DNA of 64,000 bases from Balanoglossus misakiensis (lineage: Eukaryota; Animalia; Hemichordata): the NCBI GenBank assembly GCA_040954595.2, contig CM082581.2, forward strand, positions 1 to 64,000. The letters run 5' to 3'. The position numbers and the translations under genes were made by a program. The notes below the pieces were generated by a model that saw nothing but the letters and a program-made list of their open reading frames with translations, made no database searches and was not told the origin of the DNA. Below, piece by piece: positions 14,101-28,100 of the stretch; positions within the stretch are counted from its first letter, which is position 1; the number at the start of each line of letters is the position of its first letter.

Positions 14101-17100
14101 TATTTACACCCCTATTTAAGCCTTTGGAAAACTGTTAAATCATTCTAAAACCTTTCTTTGAACATAACATAAAACCATCCTTTATTCGGGCCCAAAAACT
14201 TCATATCGCACATTTAACTCAAACACACCCTTATTTAGGATTATAAATATTCTAAATTCCTTTTAAAATTTTTCTCTCGATTTAAGGCTTTTAAACACTT
14301 TATAAAACTTTTCAATACGACATAAAAAACGATATATGTTCCATATTGCTTTTTTATATCTAATAAGACAAGAAACATTTCAAAACACTAATTTAGGCAT
14401 GTAAACTCTGTTAGAACATTTGACAAAAAAACTATTTAATACGGTATAAAATGATATTATATGCACATTGTATATTTTGAAAAAAATATGATTAAATAAA
14501 CAATCGATACATAAATACACGCATATTTAAAGCGCTAATACAGTAATATATAATTCTTAAAAATTTCTTTATATAAATGATAAAAAATTAATGATTGTTT
14601 TGTAGCATATTCAAAGAAATGATTTAGAATGATTTTAAAGTGTTCTGAAGCACTTAATCATGTTGCATTCATGTTAAAATCGCTTGTTAAAACATTCTCA
14701 TTTGAAGTAATCAATGTGAATAAAAACGATTTTATACCGAATTAAACCCTTTAAGTGAAAAATAATGCGTTTTATATCAAATTTCAAAGACGGGTTAAAT
14801 AATGATCTGAGGGTGCTTTTTATGCTTAAATAAGTTTGTGTTTAACTTTAAAATGCTTTACGGATCATTTTTATTTAAAACCTGAAATATGGAACAAGCA
14901 TTGTTTTAGTATCGTTTTAAACAGTTTTCATTCCAAATAATTAGTTTTTTATCATATATACAAAGAAAGGTTTAAGAATTATATATTACTGTATTAGAGC
15001 TTTAAATATGCGTGTATTTATGTAACGATTGTTTATTTAATCATATTTTTTTCAAAATATACAATGTGCATATAACATCATTTTATACCGTATTGAATTG
15101 TTTTTTTATCAAATGTTCTAACAGTGTTTACATGCCTAAATTAGTGTTTTGAAATGTTACTTGTCTTTTTAGATATAAAAAAGCAATAAGGAACAAACAT
15201 CGTTTTTCATGTCGTATTTAAAAGTTATATAGAGTGTTTAAAATCCTTAAATCGAGAGAAAAATTTTAAAAGGAATTTAGAATGTTTATAATCCTAAATA
15301 AGGTCGTGTTTGAGTTAAATGTGCGATATGAAGTTTTTGGGCCCGAATAAAGGATGGTTTTATGTTATTTTATAAGAAAGGTTTTAGAATGATTTAACAG
15401 TTTTCCAAATGCTTAAAAAGCGGTGTAAATACATAGAAATTGCTTGTTAAATCATTTCCGTTAAACATACGCTTTGTTAATATGGCATTGATTCTATAAG
15501 GTATTAAACATTTTTTGTGAAAAATTAAAGCGTGTTATAGAAAAAAATTTCAAAAAGGTTTTTAAAAATGATCCCACATTGTTTTTTAGCCTAAATAAGT
15601 GGTTTTGAATTTAAAATGCTTATTGAATCGTTTTTATTTAATACATGCGATATGAAACTAATAACGTTTTTAATATCGTTTTGAGCAGTTTTCTTGCCAA
15701 ATAATGTTTTTTTGTAATACATTCAAAAGAGACTTTAGAATGATAAGCAAAACATTGATATTGCTTATTAAATCATTTTCATATTAAAAACTTAATTTTG
15801 GCTTATTTGATTTTTATTCAATACATATACGAATCAAAACATCTATTTTATATCAGTTTTTGGAGTTAATTATATTTTCAGATGAAAATAATTCGCAAGC
15901 CTAAAAATATTGGTTGTTTTTGAGTTTGAAATCAGTACCTAATAATTTTTATTTAAAAGTGCGTTATGGACCAAATATCGTTTTAGTATTGTATTTAAAG
16001 TTTTTGTGCACAAATTAATGGTTATTTTGTAGCATATTCAAAGAAATGATTTAGAATGATTTTAAAGTGTTTTGAAGCCTTTAATCATGTTGCATTCATG
16101 TTGAAATCGCTTGTTAAAACATTTTCATTTGAAGTTAACAATGTGAATAAAAACGATTTTATACCGAATTAAACCCTTTAAGTGAAAAATAATTCGTTTC
16201 ATATCTAATTTCAAAGACGGGTTACATAATGGTACCAGGGTGCTTTTTATGCCTAAATAAGTTTGTATTTAACTTTAAAATGCTTTACGGATCATTTTTA
16301 TTTAAAACCTGAAATATGGAACAAGCATTGTTTTAGCATCGCTTTAAACAGTTTTCATTCCCAAATAATTAGTTTTTCATTATATATACAAAGAAAGGTA
16401 TAAGAATTATATATTACTGTATTAGAGCTTTAAATATGCTTGTATTTATGTATCGATTGTTTATTTAATCATATTTTTTTTCAAAATATACAATGTGCAT
16501 ATAACATCATTTTATACCGTATTAAATTTTTTTTATCAAATGTTCTAACAGTGTTTACATGCCTAAATTAGTGTTTTGAAATGTTTCTTGTCTTTTTAAA
16601 TATAAAAAAGCAATATGGAACATACATCGTTTTTTATGTCGTATTGAAAAGTTTTCGTGCCAAAATATTGTGTTTAAGTAATACTTTCAATGAAAGTTTT
16701 TAAATGATTATAAAGTGTTTAAAAGCCTTAAATCGAGAGAAAAATTTTAAAAGGAATTTAGAATGTTTATAATCCTAGATTGTGTTTGAGTTAAATGTGC
16801 GATATGAAGTTTTTGGGCTCGAATAAAGGATGGTTTTATGTTATTTTCAAAGAAAGGTTTTAGAATGATTTAACAGTTTTCCAAAGGCTTAAATAAGGGT
16901 ATAAATATATAGAAATTGCTTGTTAAATCATTTCCGTTAAATATACGCTTTTTGAATATGACATTGACTTTATAAGGTATTAAACATTTTTGTGAAAAAA
17001 TAAAGCTTCAAGGGTTTAATAATGATCTCACATTGTTTTTTTGGCCTAAATAAGTGGTTTTCAATTTAAAATGCTTATTGAATCGTTTTTATTTAAAACG

Positions 17101-17755
17101 TGCAAATAACAATTTATAGTGCTGTATTGAGCAGTTTTCTTGCCAAATAATGTTTTTTTGTAATACTTTTAAAAGAGACTTTAGAATGATAGAAAACAGG
17201 TTCAATGCCTTGAAAAACATTAATATTGGAATTGCTTGCTAAATCATATTTGTGAATTCTTGCATAATAATTGTTTATAATTCCAAATATTAAAAACTTA
17301 GCTTATTAAATTAGATTATTATATATTATCGCTTGTTAAATCATTTTCATTTGAAATAAACAATGTGTGACAAAGTCTCTCTTGGAAGAGTTTTTACTCT
17401 CATAGCAGACAAGCGAGATGGGTGTCATTAAATGTTGATTCTCTATATATCCACAAGGGGTGTTTATATTTTCGAAAACAAAGTTAATGTTTTAAGCCTA
17501 AAAATAGTTTTTTTTTAATTTGATGTGATAAATGAGTCATTTTTAATTTATACTTGGAATATAGAATAATCATCATATTTGCACCCAAATAATGAGTTTT
17601 TAATAATATTTTCAAAAAGATTATTCATATTGATTTCCATTGTTTTTAACCCTTAATAAATAAATTTTATTAATTAGCTGTCAGAGAATTTGTAGGAGTT
17701 TGTAATATTGACAGAAGTGAGTTCTTATATGGTCAGGACCTTTTGTCGTGTATAA
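8181..17755. repeat. AT-rich ~1.45-kb repeat Y in alternating orientations
   Basis: Landmark tgtagcatattcaaagaaatg occurs at 14601 and 16029. The same modules appear as reverse complements, e.g. aagcaccctgagatcatt at ~8720, 11738, 13521 vs aatgatctcagggtgctt at ~10341, 13044. Confidence 0.9.
9776..10089. mobile_element. 314-bp non-autonomous hairpin element without TSD (Crypton-like by resemblance)
   Basis: Absent from paralogous Y sites (ggaccaa|atatcg at ~12790 and ~15973). It has a long palindrome at 9944-10086 and a 17-bp inverted repeat at 9781-9797/9921-9937. The family assignment is from recalled structure, not a search. Confidence 0.75.
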
Positions 17756-20700
17756 AAATTGCAGGTTTTGGTTCGGAATAGCGTAAAAGCGTTTTAAATT
17801 AGTTGGGGTAACAGCAGTACTAGTTTGGATTTTTGTTACGTTAAGAGTTATTTGGGTGGCCTTCGAGTATTGATAACAGGCTTGGGCAATGTTAGGGCTA
17901 GGGTAAATTTTGATTTGGTTTGGGATAATTGAGTTATGATAGGTTGGGTGACTGCCAGGATTTAAATTTGTAGTGGGGCTAGTGCGGCTTTTGGGATGTA
18001 GATCGGGGTGCTGATAGGAGTGCGTGGGAATAGGTTGGGGTAAAGTTGTGTGGTAGTGGTGATAGCTGACAAGGTCGCGAGCCTTAGTTTAAGTTTGGAG
18101 TTGGATCGGTGATTGTTGTTTGAGTAATAACGCATATTTTGAGAGTACAATTCTGGGATTGACTTCGGGGTGAGGTTTGAGGTACGAATGGGATTGGGTC
18201 ATTGGTTTAAGGTGGGGTTCCGTAAGGATTAGGTTTTGGGATGAGTGTGGAGAATGATGTATGGGTGATTGATGGGATGGGTGATAGATGAATATTTGAA
18301 GGGATTAAATCTTTAGTCGTCTATTTTCTACAAATGGTTTGTAAAAAAAGAGTCCTGATGTATTGTTGGAGTGGCAGCGGTATGAGTTAAGTGTTATTTG
18401 GTTGGTCGTCGGGTATTGATGGTAGGCTTGGGCTAGGGTCGATTTTGATTTGGTTTGGATTGTTTTGGCATAATAGTGACTGCCAGGTGACAGGATTTAA
18501 ATTTGTGGTTGGTGCAAGGTGTGGTGTAAGTGATGGTGCGGTTTTGGTGAAGGAGGCCAGGGTGGTGATGGGAGTGCGAGTGGGAATAGGTTTGGGTAAA
18601 GTTGGGTGGGAGTGGTGACGGGGGGGGGGTGATGGTAGCTGACAAGGTCGTGAGAGTTAGTTTAACTTCATAGTTTGATAGGTGATTGGTGTTTGAGTAA
18701 TATGAATTTTTTTGATAGTATAATTCTTGCATTGACTTCGGGGTGATGTTTGAGGTGCGAAGTTGATTGGGTTATCGGATTAGGGTGGGGCCCCAGTAAG
18801 GATTAGGTTTCGGCATGAGTGTGGAAGGATGATATATGGATGATAGATGGGATCAAATCTTTGGTCGTGTATTTGCTACAAATGGTAGGTATTGGTTCGT
18901 AATATCGTCTTGGTTTTGTATATTTGGGGTGGCAGTGGTATGAGTTTGGATTTATGCCAATCTTTAAGTTATTTGGGTTGCCGTTGAGTTATGATAGGTT
19001 GGGCGACTGCCAGGATTTAAATTTGTGGTGGGGCTAGTGCGGCTTTTGGGATGTAGGTCGGGGTGCTGATAGGAGTGCGTGGGAATAGGTTTGGGTAAAG
19101 TTGTGTGGTAGTGGTGATAGCTGACAAGGTCGCGAGCCTTAGTTTAAGTTTGGAGTTGGATCGGTGATTGTTGTTTGAGTAATAACGTATATTTTATGAG
19201 TACAATTCTGGGATTGACTTCGGGGTGAGGTTTGAGGTACGAATGGGATTGCTTCATTGGTTTAAGGTGGGGTTCCGTAAGGATTAGGTTTTGGGATGAG
19301 TGTGGATGAATGATGTATGGGTGATAGATGGGATGGGTGATAGATGAATATTTGAAGGGATTAAATCTTTGGTCGCCTATTTTCTACAAATGGTAAGTTT
19401 TGGTTCGTAAAAAAGAGTCCTGATGTATTGTTGGAGTGGCAGCGGTATGAGTTAAGTGTTATTTGGTTGGCCGTCGGGTATTGATGGTAGGCTTAGGCTA
19501 GGGTCAATTTTGATTTGGTTTGGATTGTTTTGGCATAATAGGTTGGGTGACTGCCAGGATTTAAATTTGTGGTTGGTGTAAGGTGTGGTGTAAGAGATGG
19601 TGCGGTTTTGGTGAAGGAGGCCAGGGTGGTGATGGGAGTGCGAATGTGAATAGGTTTGGGTAAAGTTGGGTGGGAGTGGTGACGGGGTGGTGAGTGGTAG
19701 CTGAGTTAGTTTAACATTATAGTTTGATAGGTGATTGGTGTTTGAGTAATATGAATTTTTTTGATAGTATAATTCTTGCATTGACTTCGGGGTGATGTTT
19801 GAGGTACGAAGTTGTTTGGGTTATCGGATTAGGGTGGGGCCCCAGTAAGGATTAAGTTTCGGGATGAGTGTGGAATGATGATATATGGATGATAGATGGG
19901 ATCAAATCTTTGGTCGTGTATTTGCTACAAATGGTAGGTATTGGTTCGTAATAGAGTCTTGGTGTTGTATATTTAGTGTGGCAGTGGTATGAGTTTGGTT
20001 TATGCCAATCTTTAAGTTAAGTGTTATTTGGGTTACCACCGTTGAGCATTGATGGCTTGGTTGATGATATTTGGGGCAAGAATGATTGAGTTTGGTTTGT
20101 TTGGGCTATGATAGGTTGAGTGATGGCTAGGATTTGTGGTGGGAATAAGGTGTGGTCACGTAAGAGATTGAGGCATTATAGGGTCTGGTGCGGTTTTGGT
20201 GAAGTAGGCCAGGGTGGTGATGAGGGTGCGAGTAGGAGTATGTTCGGGTAAAGTTGGATGTGAGTGGTGTTGGGGTGGTGGGTGATAGCTGACAAGGTCG
20301 TGTGAGTTAGTTTAAGTTTAGAGTTGGATCGATGATTGGTGTTTGAGCAATAAGGTATTTTTTGAGAGTACAATACTGGGATTGACTTCGGGGAGAGGTT
20401 TGAGGTACGAATGGGATTGGGTCATTGGTTTAAGGTGGGGTTCCAGTACGGATTTGGTTTTGGGATGAGTGTGGATGAATGATACATGGGTGATAGATGG
20501 GATGGGTGATAGATGAATATTTGAAGGGATTAAATCTTTGGTCGTCTATTTTCTACAAATGGTTTGTAAAAAAAGAGTCCTGATGTATTGTTGGAGTGGC
20601 AGCGGTATGAGTGAAGTGTTATTTGGTTGGTCGTCGGGTATTGATGGTAGGCTTGGGCTAGGGTCAATTTTGATTTGGTTTGGATTGTTTTGGCATAATA

Positions 20701-21660
20701 GGTTGGGTGACTGCCAGGATTTAAATTTGTGGTTGGTGCAAGGTGTGGTGTAAGTGATGGTGCGGTTTTGGTGAAGGAGGCCAGGGTGGTGATGGGAGTG
20801 CGAGTGGGAATAGGTTTGGGTAAAGTTGGGTGGGAGTGGTGACGGGGTGGTGATGGTAGCTGACAAGGTCGTGAGAGTTAGTTTAACTTCATAGTTTGAT
20901 AGGTGATTGGTGTTTGAGTAATATGAATTTTTTTGATAGTATAAATCTTGCATTGACTTCGGGGTGATGTTTGAGGTGCGAAGTTGATTGGGTTATCGGA
21001 TTAGGGTGGGGCCCCAGTAAGGATTAGGTTTCGGCATGAGTGTGGAAGGATGATATATGGATGATAGATGGGATCAAATCTTTGGTCGTGTATTTGCTAC
21101 AAATGGTAGGTATTGGTTCGTAATATCGTCTTGGTTTTGTATATTTGGGGTGGCAGTGGTATGAGTTTGGATTTATGCCAATCTTTAAGTTATTTGGGTT
21201 GCCGTTGAGCATTGATAGCTTGGATGATGATAAGTGGGGCTAGGGTCAATTTTGATTGGGTTTGGGTTGTTTGGGCTATGATAGGTTGGGTGATGGCTAG
21301 GATTTGTGGTGGGTGTAAGGTGTGGGGTAAAAGATGGAGGCATTATGTGGTCTGGTGCGGTTTTGGTGAAGAAGGCCAGGGTGATGATGGGGGAACGAGT
21401 GGGAATAGGCTGGGGTGAAGTTGGGTGGGAGTAGTGACGGGATGGTGACAGTGTAAGTTTGGAATTGGATCGGTGATTGGTGTTTGAGTAATAAAGTATT
21501 TTTTGAGAGTACAATTCTGGGACTGACTTCGGGGTGAGATTTTGAGGTACGAAGGGTTTAATGTGGGGTCCCAGTAAGGATTAGGTTTCGGAATGAGTGT
21601 GGATGAATGATCTATGGATGATAGATGGGATGGGTGATAGATGAATATTAGGATGGTTCA
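17756..21660 (-). repeat. Tandem array of repeat X, G/T-rich on +, ~0.55-kb subunits alternating as ~1.1-kb dimers
   Basis: Type-1 landmark gagtacaattctggg at ~18143, 19198, 20367, 21508 alternates with type-2 landmark tcttgcattgacttcgggg at ~18726, 19774, 20946. Confidence 0.92.
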
Positions 21661-21902
21661 AAGATGGATGGTAACAGATGGATGTATAAATGATAGAGGA
21701 ATGACAGATGGATTTAACTTAATTTGATTATTTAATATAATGTATTTTAATTAATTTGTTTTGTTTTGATTTAATTTGATTTTTATTTGATTTAATTTAA
21801 TACAATTTATTTTACTCTAATTTAATTTTATAACATTAATATGATTTCGATTTAATTTAATTTCATTTATTTCAATTTGATTTGAAATATTCCTTTTATT
21901 AA
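21661..21902. repeat. Low-complexity GATG-rich then ATTT-rich tract
   Basis: gatggatg words are followed by degenerate (ATTTN)n. Confidence 0.7.
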
Positions 21903-22119
21903 ATGAACACACGTACACAATAGGTGAATCGGCTCAATAGGCAACAATTTTAATGAACTGAAGAAAGAAGAAATTGTACATCGAAGTGAAAGGCTTCCCT
22001 AAGGTCACAAAATTTCGTGTATAAAGACTCCATTGTGTGCTCAATCATCCCAAGCGCCAGGGGTCTAACTGCTCTGGATGCTGAGATATGGGAAAGTAAG
22101 TCAAAGGTCACTCGAATCA

Positions 22120-25100
22120 TTGACCCCTTGAACCTAGGACACAAACCATTGAACCTCTGACCCATGAACTCCAACCCTTGACCCTTGAGCTCTTACCCTT
22201 GACCCCTTGACTCTCCAACTCTTGAACTCTAACCCTTGACCTTTGATCATTGAACTCTAACCCTTGACCCTTGAACTCTAACATTTGACCCTTGAACTCT
22301 TACCCTTGACTCTTGATCTCTAACCCTTGACCTTTGACCCTTGAACTCTAACCCTTGAACTCTAACATTTGACCCTTGAAACTAAACTCTTGACCCTTAA
22401 ACCCTAAACTTGACAACTGACCCTTAATGCTTGACCTTTAAACCCTTGACCCTAGAACCCTTGACCATTAAACTCTCACCCTTGAACGCCAACTGTTGAC
22501 CCATCAACTATAATCCTTGACCTTTGCGCCTTGACCCCTTGAACTCTAACCCTTGACCTTTGACCCTTGAACTCAAATCCTTGACCCTTGACCCCTCAAC
22601 CATTGAACTCTAACCCTTGATCCTTCTGCTCATACACTTAACCCTTGACCCCCTTGACCCTCAATCTCCAACTCTTGAACTCGTACCCTTGACCTTTGAC
22701 CCTTGAACCCAAATTATTGGCTCGTGAACTCTAACCCTTGACCGTTGAACTCAAATCCTTGACCCTTGACCCCTTGATGATTGAACTCTAACCCTTGATC
22801 CTTGTGCTCATACCCTTGACCCTTGACCCTCGATCTCCAACTCTTGAACTCTAACCCTTGACCTTTGACCATTGAACTCTAACCCTGGATCTTTGACCCC
22901 TTGAACCTTGGACTCTAACCATTGAACCTCTGACCCATGAACTCCAACCCTTGACCCTTGAAACTAAACTCTTGACCCTTAAACCCTAAACTCGACAACT
23001 GACCCTTAATGCTTGACCTTTAAACCTTTGACCCTAGAACCCTTGACCATTAAACTCTCACCCTTGAACGCCAACTGTTGACCCATCAACTATAATCCTT
23101 GACCTTTGCGCCTTGACCCCTTGAACTCTAACCCTTGACCTTTGACCCTTGAACTCAAATCCTTGACCCTTGACCCCTCAACCATTGAACTCTAACCCTT
23201 GATCCTTGTGCTCATACACTTAACCCTTGACCCCCTTGACCCTCAATCTCCAACTCTTGAACTCGTACCCTTGACCTTTGACCCTTGAACCCAAATCATT
23301 GGCTCGTGAACTCTAACCCTTGACCGTTGAACTCAAATCCTTGACCCTTGACCCCTTGATGATTGAACTCTAACCCTTGATCCTTGTGCTCATACCCTTG
23401 ACCCTTGACCCTCGATCTCCAACTCTTGAACTCTAACCCTTGACCTTTGACCATTGAACTCTAACCCTTGATCCTTGACCCCTTGAAACTTGGACTCTAA
23501 CCATTGAACCTCTGACCCATGAACTCCAACCCTTAACCCTTGAAACTAAACTCTTGACCCTTAAACCCTAAACTCGACAACTGACCCTTAATGCTTGACC
23601 TTTTAACCCTTGACCCTAGAACCCTTGACCATTAAACTCTAACCCTTGAACGCCAACTGTTGACCCATCAACTATAATCCTTGACCTTGACCCCTTGAAC
23701 TCTTACCCTTGACCTTTGACCCTTGAACTCAAACCTTGGCTCGTGAACTCTAACCCTTGACCGTTGAACTCAAATCCTTGACCCTTGACCCCTCGACCAT
23801 TGAACTCTAACCCTTGATCCTTGTGCTCATACCCTTGACCCTTGACCCCCTTGACCCTCGATCTCCAACTCTTGAACTCATACCCTTGACCTTTGACCCT
23901 TGAACTCAAATCATTGGCTCGTGAACTCTAACCCTTGACTGTTGAACTCAAATCCTTGACCCTTGACCCTTTGACCATTGAACTCTAACCCTTGATCCTT
24001 GTGCTCATACCCTTGACCCTTGACCCCCTTGACCCTTGATCTCCAACTCTTGAACTCATACCCCTGACCTTTGTTGCTTGAACTCTAACCCTTGGCTCAT
24101 GAACTCTAACCCTTGACCTTTGACAATTGAAATCTAACCCTTGACCCCAAAACCCTAACCCTAACCCTTGACCATTAAACTCTAACCCTTGAACGCCAAC
24201 TGTTGACCCATCAACTATAATCATTGACCTTTGACCCTTGACCCTCGATCTCCAACTCTTAAACTCTAACCCTTGACCTCTAATCCTTGATCCTATACCG
24301 CTTGAACCTTGGACTCTAACCATTGAACCTCTAACCCATGAACTCCAACCCTCGACCCTTGAACTCTAACCCTTGACCTTTGAACTCTAACATTTGACCC
24401 TTGAACTCTTACCCTTGATTCTTGATCTCTAACCCTTGAACCCTTGACCATTAAACTCTAACCCTTGAACGCCAACTGTTGACCCATCAACTGTAATCCT
24501 TGACCTTTGACCTTTGACCCCTTGATCTCAAACTATTGAACTCTAACCCTTGACCTTTGACCCTTGAACTCAAATCCTTGGCTGGTGAACTCTAACCCTT
24601 GACCGTTGAACTCAAATCCTTGACCCTTGACCCCTTGACCATTGAACTCTAACCCTTGATCCTTGTGCTCATAGCCTTGACCCTTGACCCCCTTGACCCT
24701 CGATCTAAAACTCTTGAACTCTAACCCTTGACCCTTGACCCCTTGACCATTGAACTCTAACCCTTGATCCTTGACCCCTTGAACCTTGGACTCTAACCAT
24801 TGAACCTTTGACCCATGAACTCTAACCCTTGACCCTTGAGCTCTTACCCTTGACCCCTTGACCCTCGATCTCCAACTCTTGAACTCTAACTCTTGACCCC
24901 TTGAACCTTGGACTCTGGCCATTGAACCTTTGATCCGTGAACTCCAACCCTTGACCCTTGAGCTCTTACCCTTGAACCTTTGACACTCAATCTACAACTC
25001 TTTAACTATAACCCTTGACCTTTGACCCTTGACCCTTGAACTCTTACCCTTGACTATTGATCTCTAACCCTTGATCTTTGACCCTTGAACTCTAATCCTT

Positions 25101-28100
25101 GAACTCTCTCTTCTCCTCCCCCTCACTCTCCATCCCATTCTCTCTCTCCATCACTCTCTAATAATAAATGTTAAACCCTAAACTTGACAACTGAGCCTTA
25201 ATGCTTGACCCTTAAACCCTTGACCCTAGAACCCTTGACCATTAAACTCTAACCCTTGAACGCCAACTGTTGACCCATCAACTATAATCCTTGATCTTTG
25301 ACCCTTGACCTTTGACCCTTGAACTCTAATCCTTCACTCTTGAACTCTAACATTTGACCCTTGAGTCATGATCTCTCACCCTTGACCCTTGAAACCAAAA
25401 CTCTTGACCCTTGAACCTTACCACTGACCCTGCTTCACCCTTAAACCCTTGACCATTAAACTCTAACCCTTGAACGCCAACTGTTGACCCATCAACTATA
25501 ATCCTTGACCTTTGACCCTTGACCCCTTGACCCTCGATCTCCAACACTTAAATTCTAACCCTTGACCTTTGACCCCTTGACCACTTGAACCTTGGACTCT
25601 AACCATTGAACCTTTGACCCATGAACTCCAACCCTTGACCCATGAGCTCTTACCCTTGACCCTAAACTCTTACCCTTGACCCTTGAACTCTTACCCTTGA
25701 CATTTGATCTCTAACCCTTGACCTTTGACCTTTGACCCTTGAAAAAAAACTCTTGACCCTTAAACCCTAAACTTGACAACTGACCCTTAATGCTTGACCC
25801 TTTAACCGTTGACCCTTAAACTCTAACCCTTGAAAGTCAACTGTTGACCCATCAACTATAATCCTTGACCTTTGACCCTTGATCTCCAACTCGTGAACTC
25901 TAACCCTTGAACTCAAATCCTTGGATCGTGAACTCTAACTCTTGACCTTTGACCCTTGAACTCAAATTCTTGACCCAGGACCCCTTGACCATTGAACTCT
26001 AACCCTTGATCCTTGACCCCTTGAACCTTGGACTCTAACCCTTGACCCCCTTGACCCTCGATCTCCAACTCTTGAACTCTAACCCTTGACCTTTGACCCT
26101 TGAACTCTAATCCTTGACCCCTTGAACCTTGGACTCAAACCATTGAACCTCTGACCCATGAACTGCAACCCTTGACCCTTGAGCTCTTACCCTTGACCCC
26201 TTGACCCTCGATCTCCAACTCTTCAACTCTAACCCTTGACCTTTGACCATTCAACTCTAACCCTTGACCCTTGAACTCTAACATTTGACCCTTGAACTCT
26301 TACCCTTGACTCTTGATCTCTAACCCTTGACCTTTGACCCTTGAACTCTAACATTTGACCCTTGAACTCTTACCCTTGACATTTGATCTCTAACCCTCGA
26401 CCTTTGACCCTTGAAATCTAACCCTTGACCCTTGAAACTAAACTCTTGACCCTTAAACCCTAAACTTGACAACTGACCCTTAATGCTTGACCTTTAAACC
26501 CTTGACCCTAGAACCCTTGACCATTAAACTCTAACCCTTGAATGCCAACTGTTGACCCATCAACTATAATCCTTGACCTTTGCGCCTTGACCCCTTGAAC
26601 TCTAACCCGTGACCTTTGACCCTTGAACTCAAATCCTTGACCCTTGACCCCTCGACCATTGAACTCTAACCCTTAATCCTTGTGCTCATACCCTTGACCC
26701 TTGACCCTCAATCTCCAACTCTTGAACTCGTACCCTTGACCTTTGACCCTTGAACCCAAATCATTGGCTCGTGAACTCTAACCCTTGACCGTTGAACTCA
26801 AATCCTTGACCCTTGACCCCTTGACGATTGAACTCTAACCCTTGATCCTTGTGCTCATACCCTTGACCCTTGACCCTCGATCTCCAACTCTTGAACTCTA
26901 ACCATTGAACCTCTGACCCATGAACTCCAACCCTTGACCCTTGAAACTAAACTCTTGACCCTTAAACCATAAACTCGACAACTGACCCTTAATGCTTGGT
27001 CTTTAAACCCTTGACCCTAGAACCCTTGACCATTAAACTCTTACCCTTGAACGCCAACTGTTGACCCATCAACTATAATCCTTGACCTTGACCCCTTGAA
27101 CTCTTACCCTTGACCTTTGACCCTTGAACTCAAACCTTGGCTCGTGAACTCTAACCCTTGACCGTTGAACTCAAATCCTTGACCCTTGACCCCTCGACCA
27201 TTGAACTCTAACCCTTGATCCTTGTGCTCATACCCTTGACCCTTGACCCCCTTGACCCTCGATCTCCAACTCTTGAACTCATACCCTTGACCTTTGACCC
27301 TTGAACTCAAATCATTGGCTCGTGAACTCTAACCGTTGACCGTTGAACTCAAATCCTTGACCCTTGACCCTTTGACCATTGAACTCTAACCCTTGATCCT
27401 TGTGCTCATACCCTTGACCCTTGACCCCTTTGACCCTTGATCTCCAACTCTTGAACTCATACCCCTGACCTTTGTTGCTTGAACTCTAACCCTTGGCTCG
27501 TGAACTCTAACCCTTGACCTTTGACCATTGAAATCTAACCCTTGAACCCAAAAACCCTAACCCTAACCCTTGACCATTAAACTCTAACCCTTGAACGCCA
27601 ACTGTTGACCCATCAACTATAATCATTGACCTTTGACCCTTGACCCTCGATCTCCAACTCTTAAACTCTAACCCTTGACCTCTAATCCTTGATCCTATAC
27701 CGCTTGAACCTTGGACTCTAACCATTGAACCTCCATTCCATGAACTCCAACCCTCGACCCTTGAACTCTAACCCTTGACCTTTGAACTCTAACATTTGAC
27801 CCTTGAACTCTTACCCTTGATTCTTGATCTCTAACCCTTGAACCCTTGACCATTAAACTCTAACCCTTGAACGCCAACTGTTGACCCATCAACTGTAATC
27901 CTTGACCTTTGACCCTTGACCCCTTGATCTCCAACTCTTGAACTCTAACCCTTGACCTTTGACCCTAGAACTCAAATCCTTGGCTGGTGAACTCTAACCC
28001 TTGACCGTTGAACTCAAATCCTTGACCCTTGACCCCTTGACCATTGAACTCTAACCCTTGATCCTTGTGCTCATAGCCTTGACCCTTGACCACCTTGACC

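Noticed and set aside
17962-21514. Repeated His/Pro/Thr-rich ORFs in repeat X
   Set aside because: Frames and stops differ among units and no domain is recognisable. The composition follows the strand skew.
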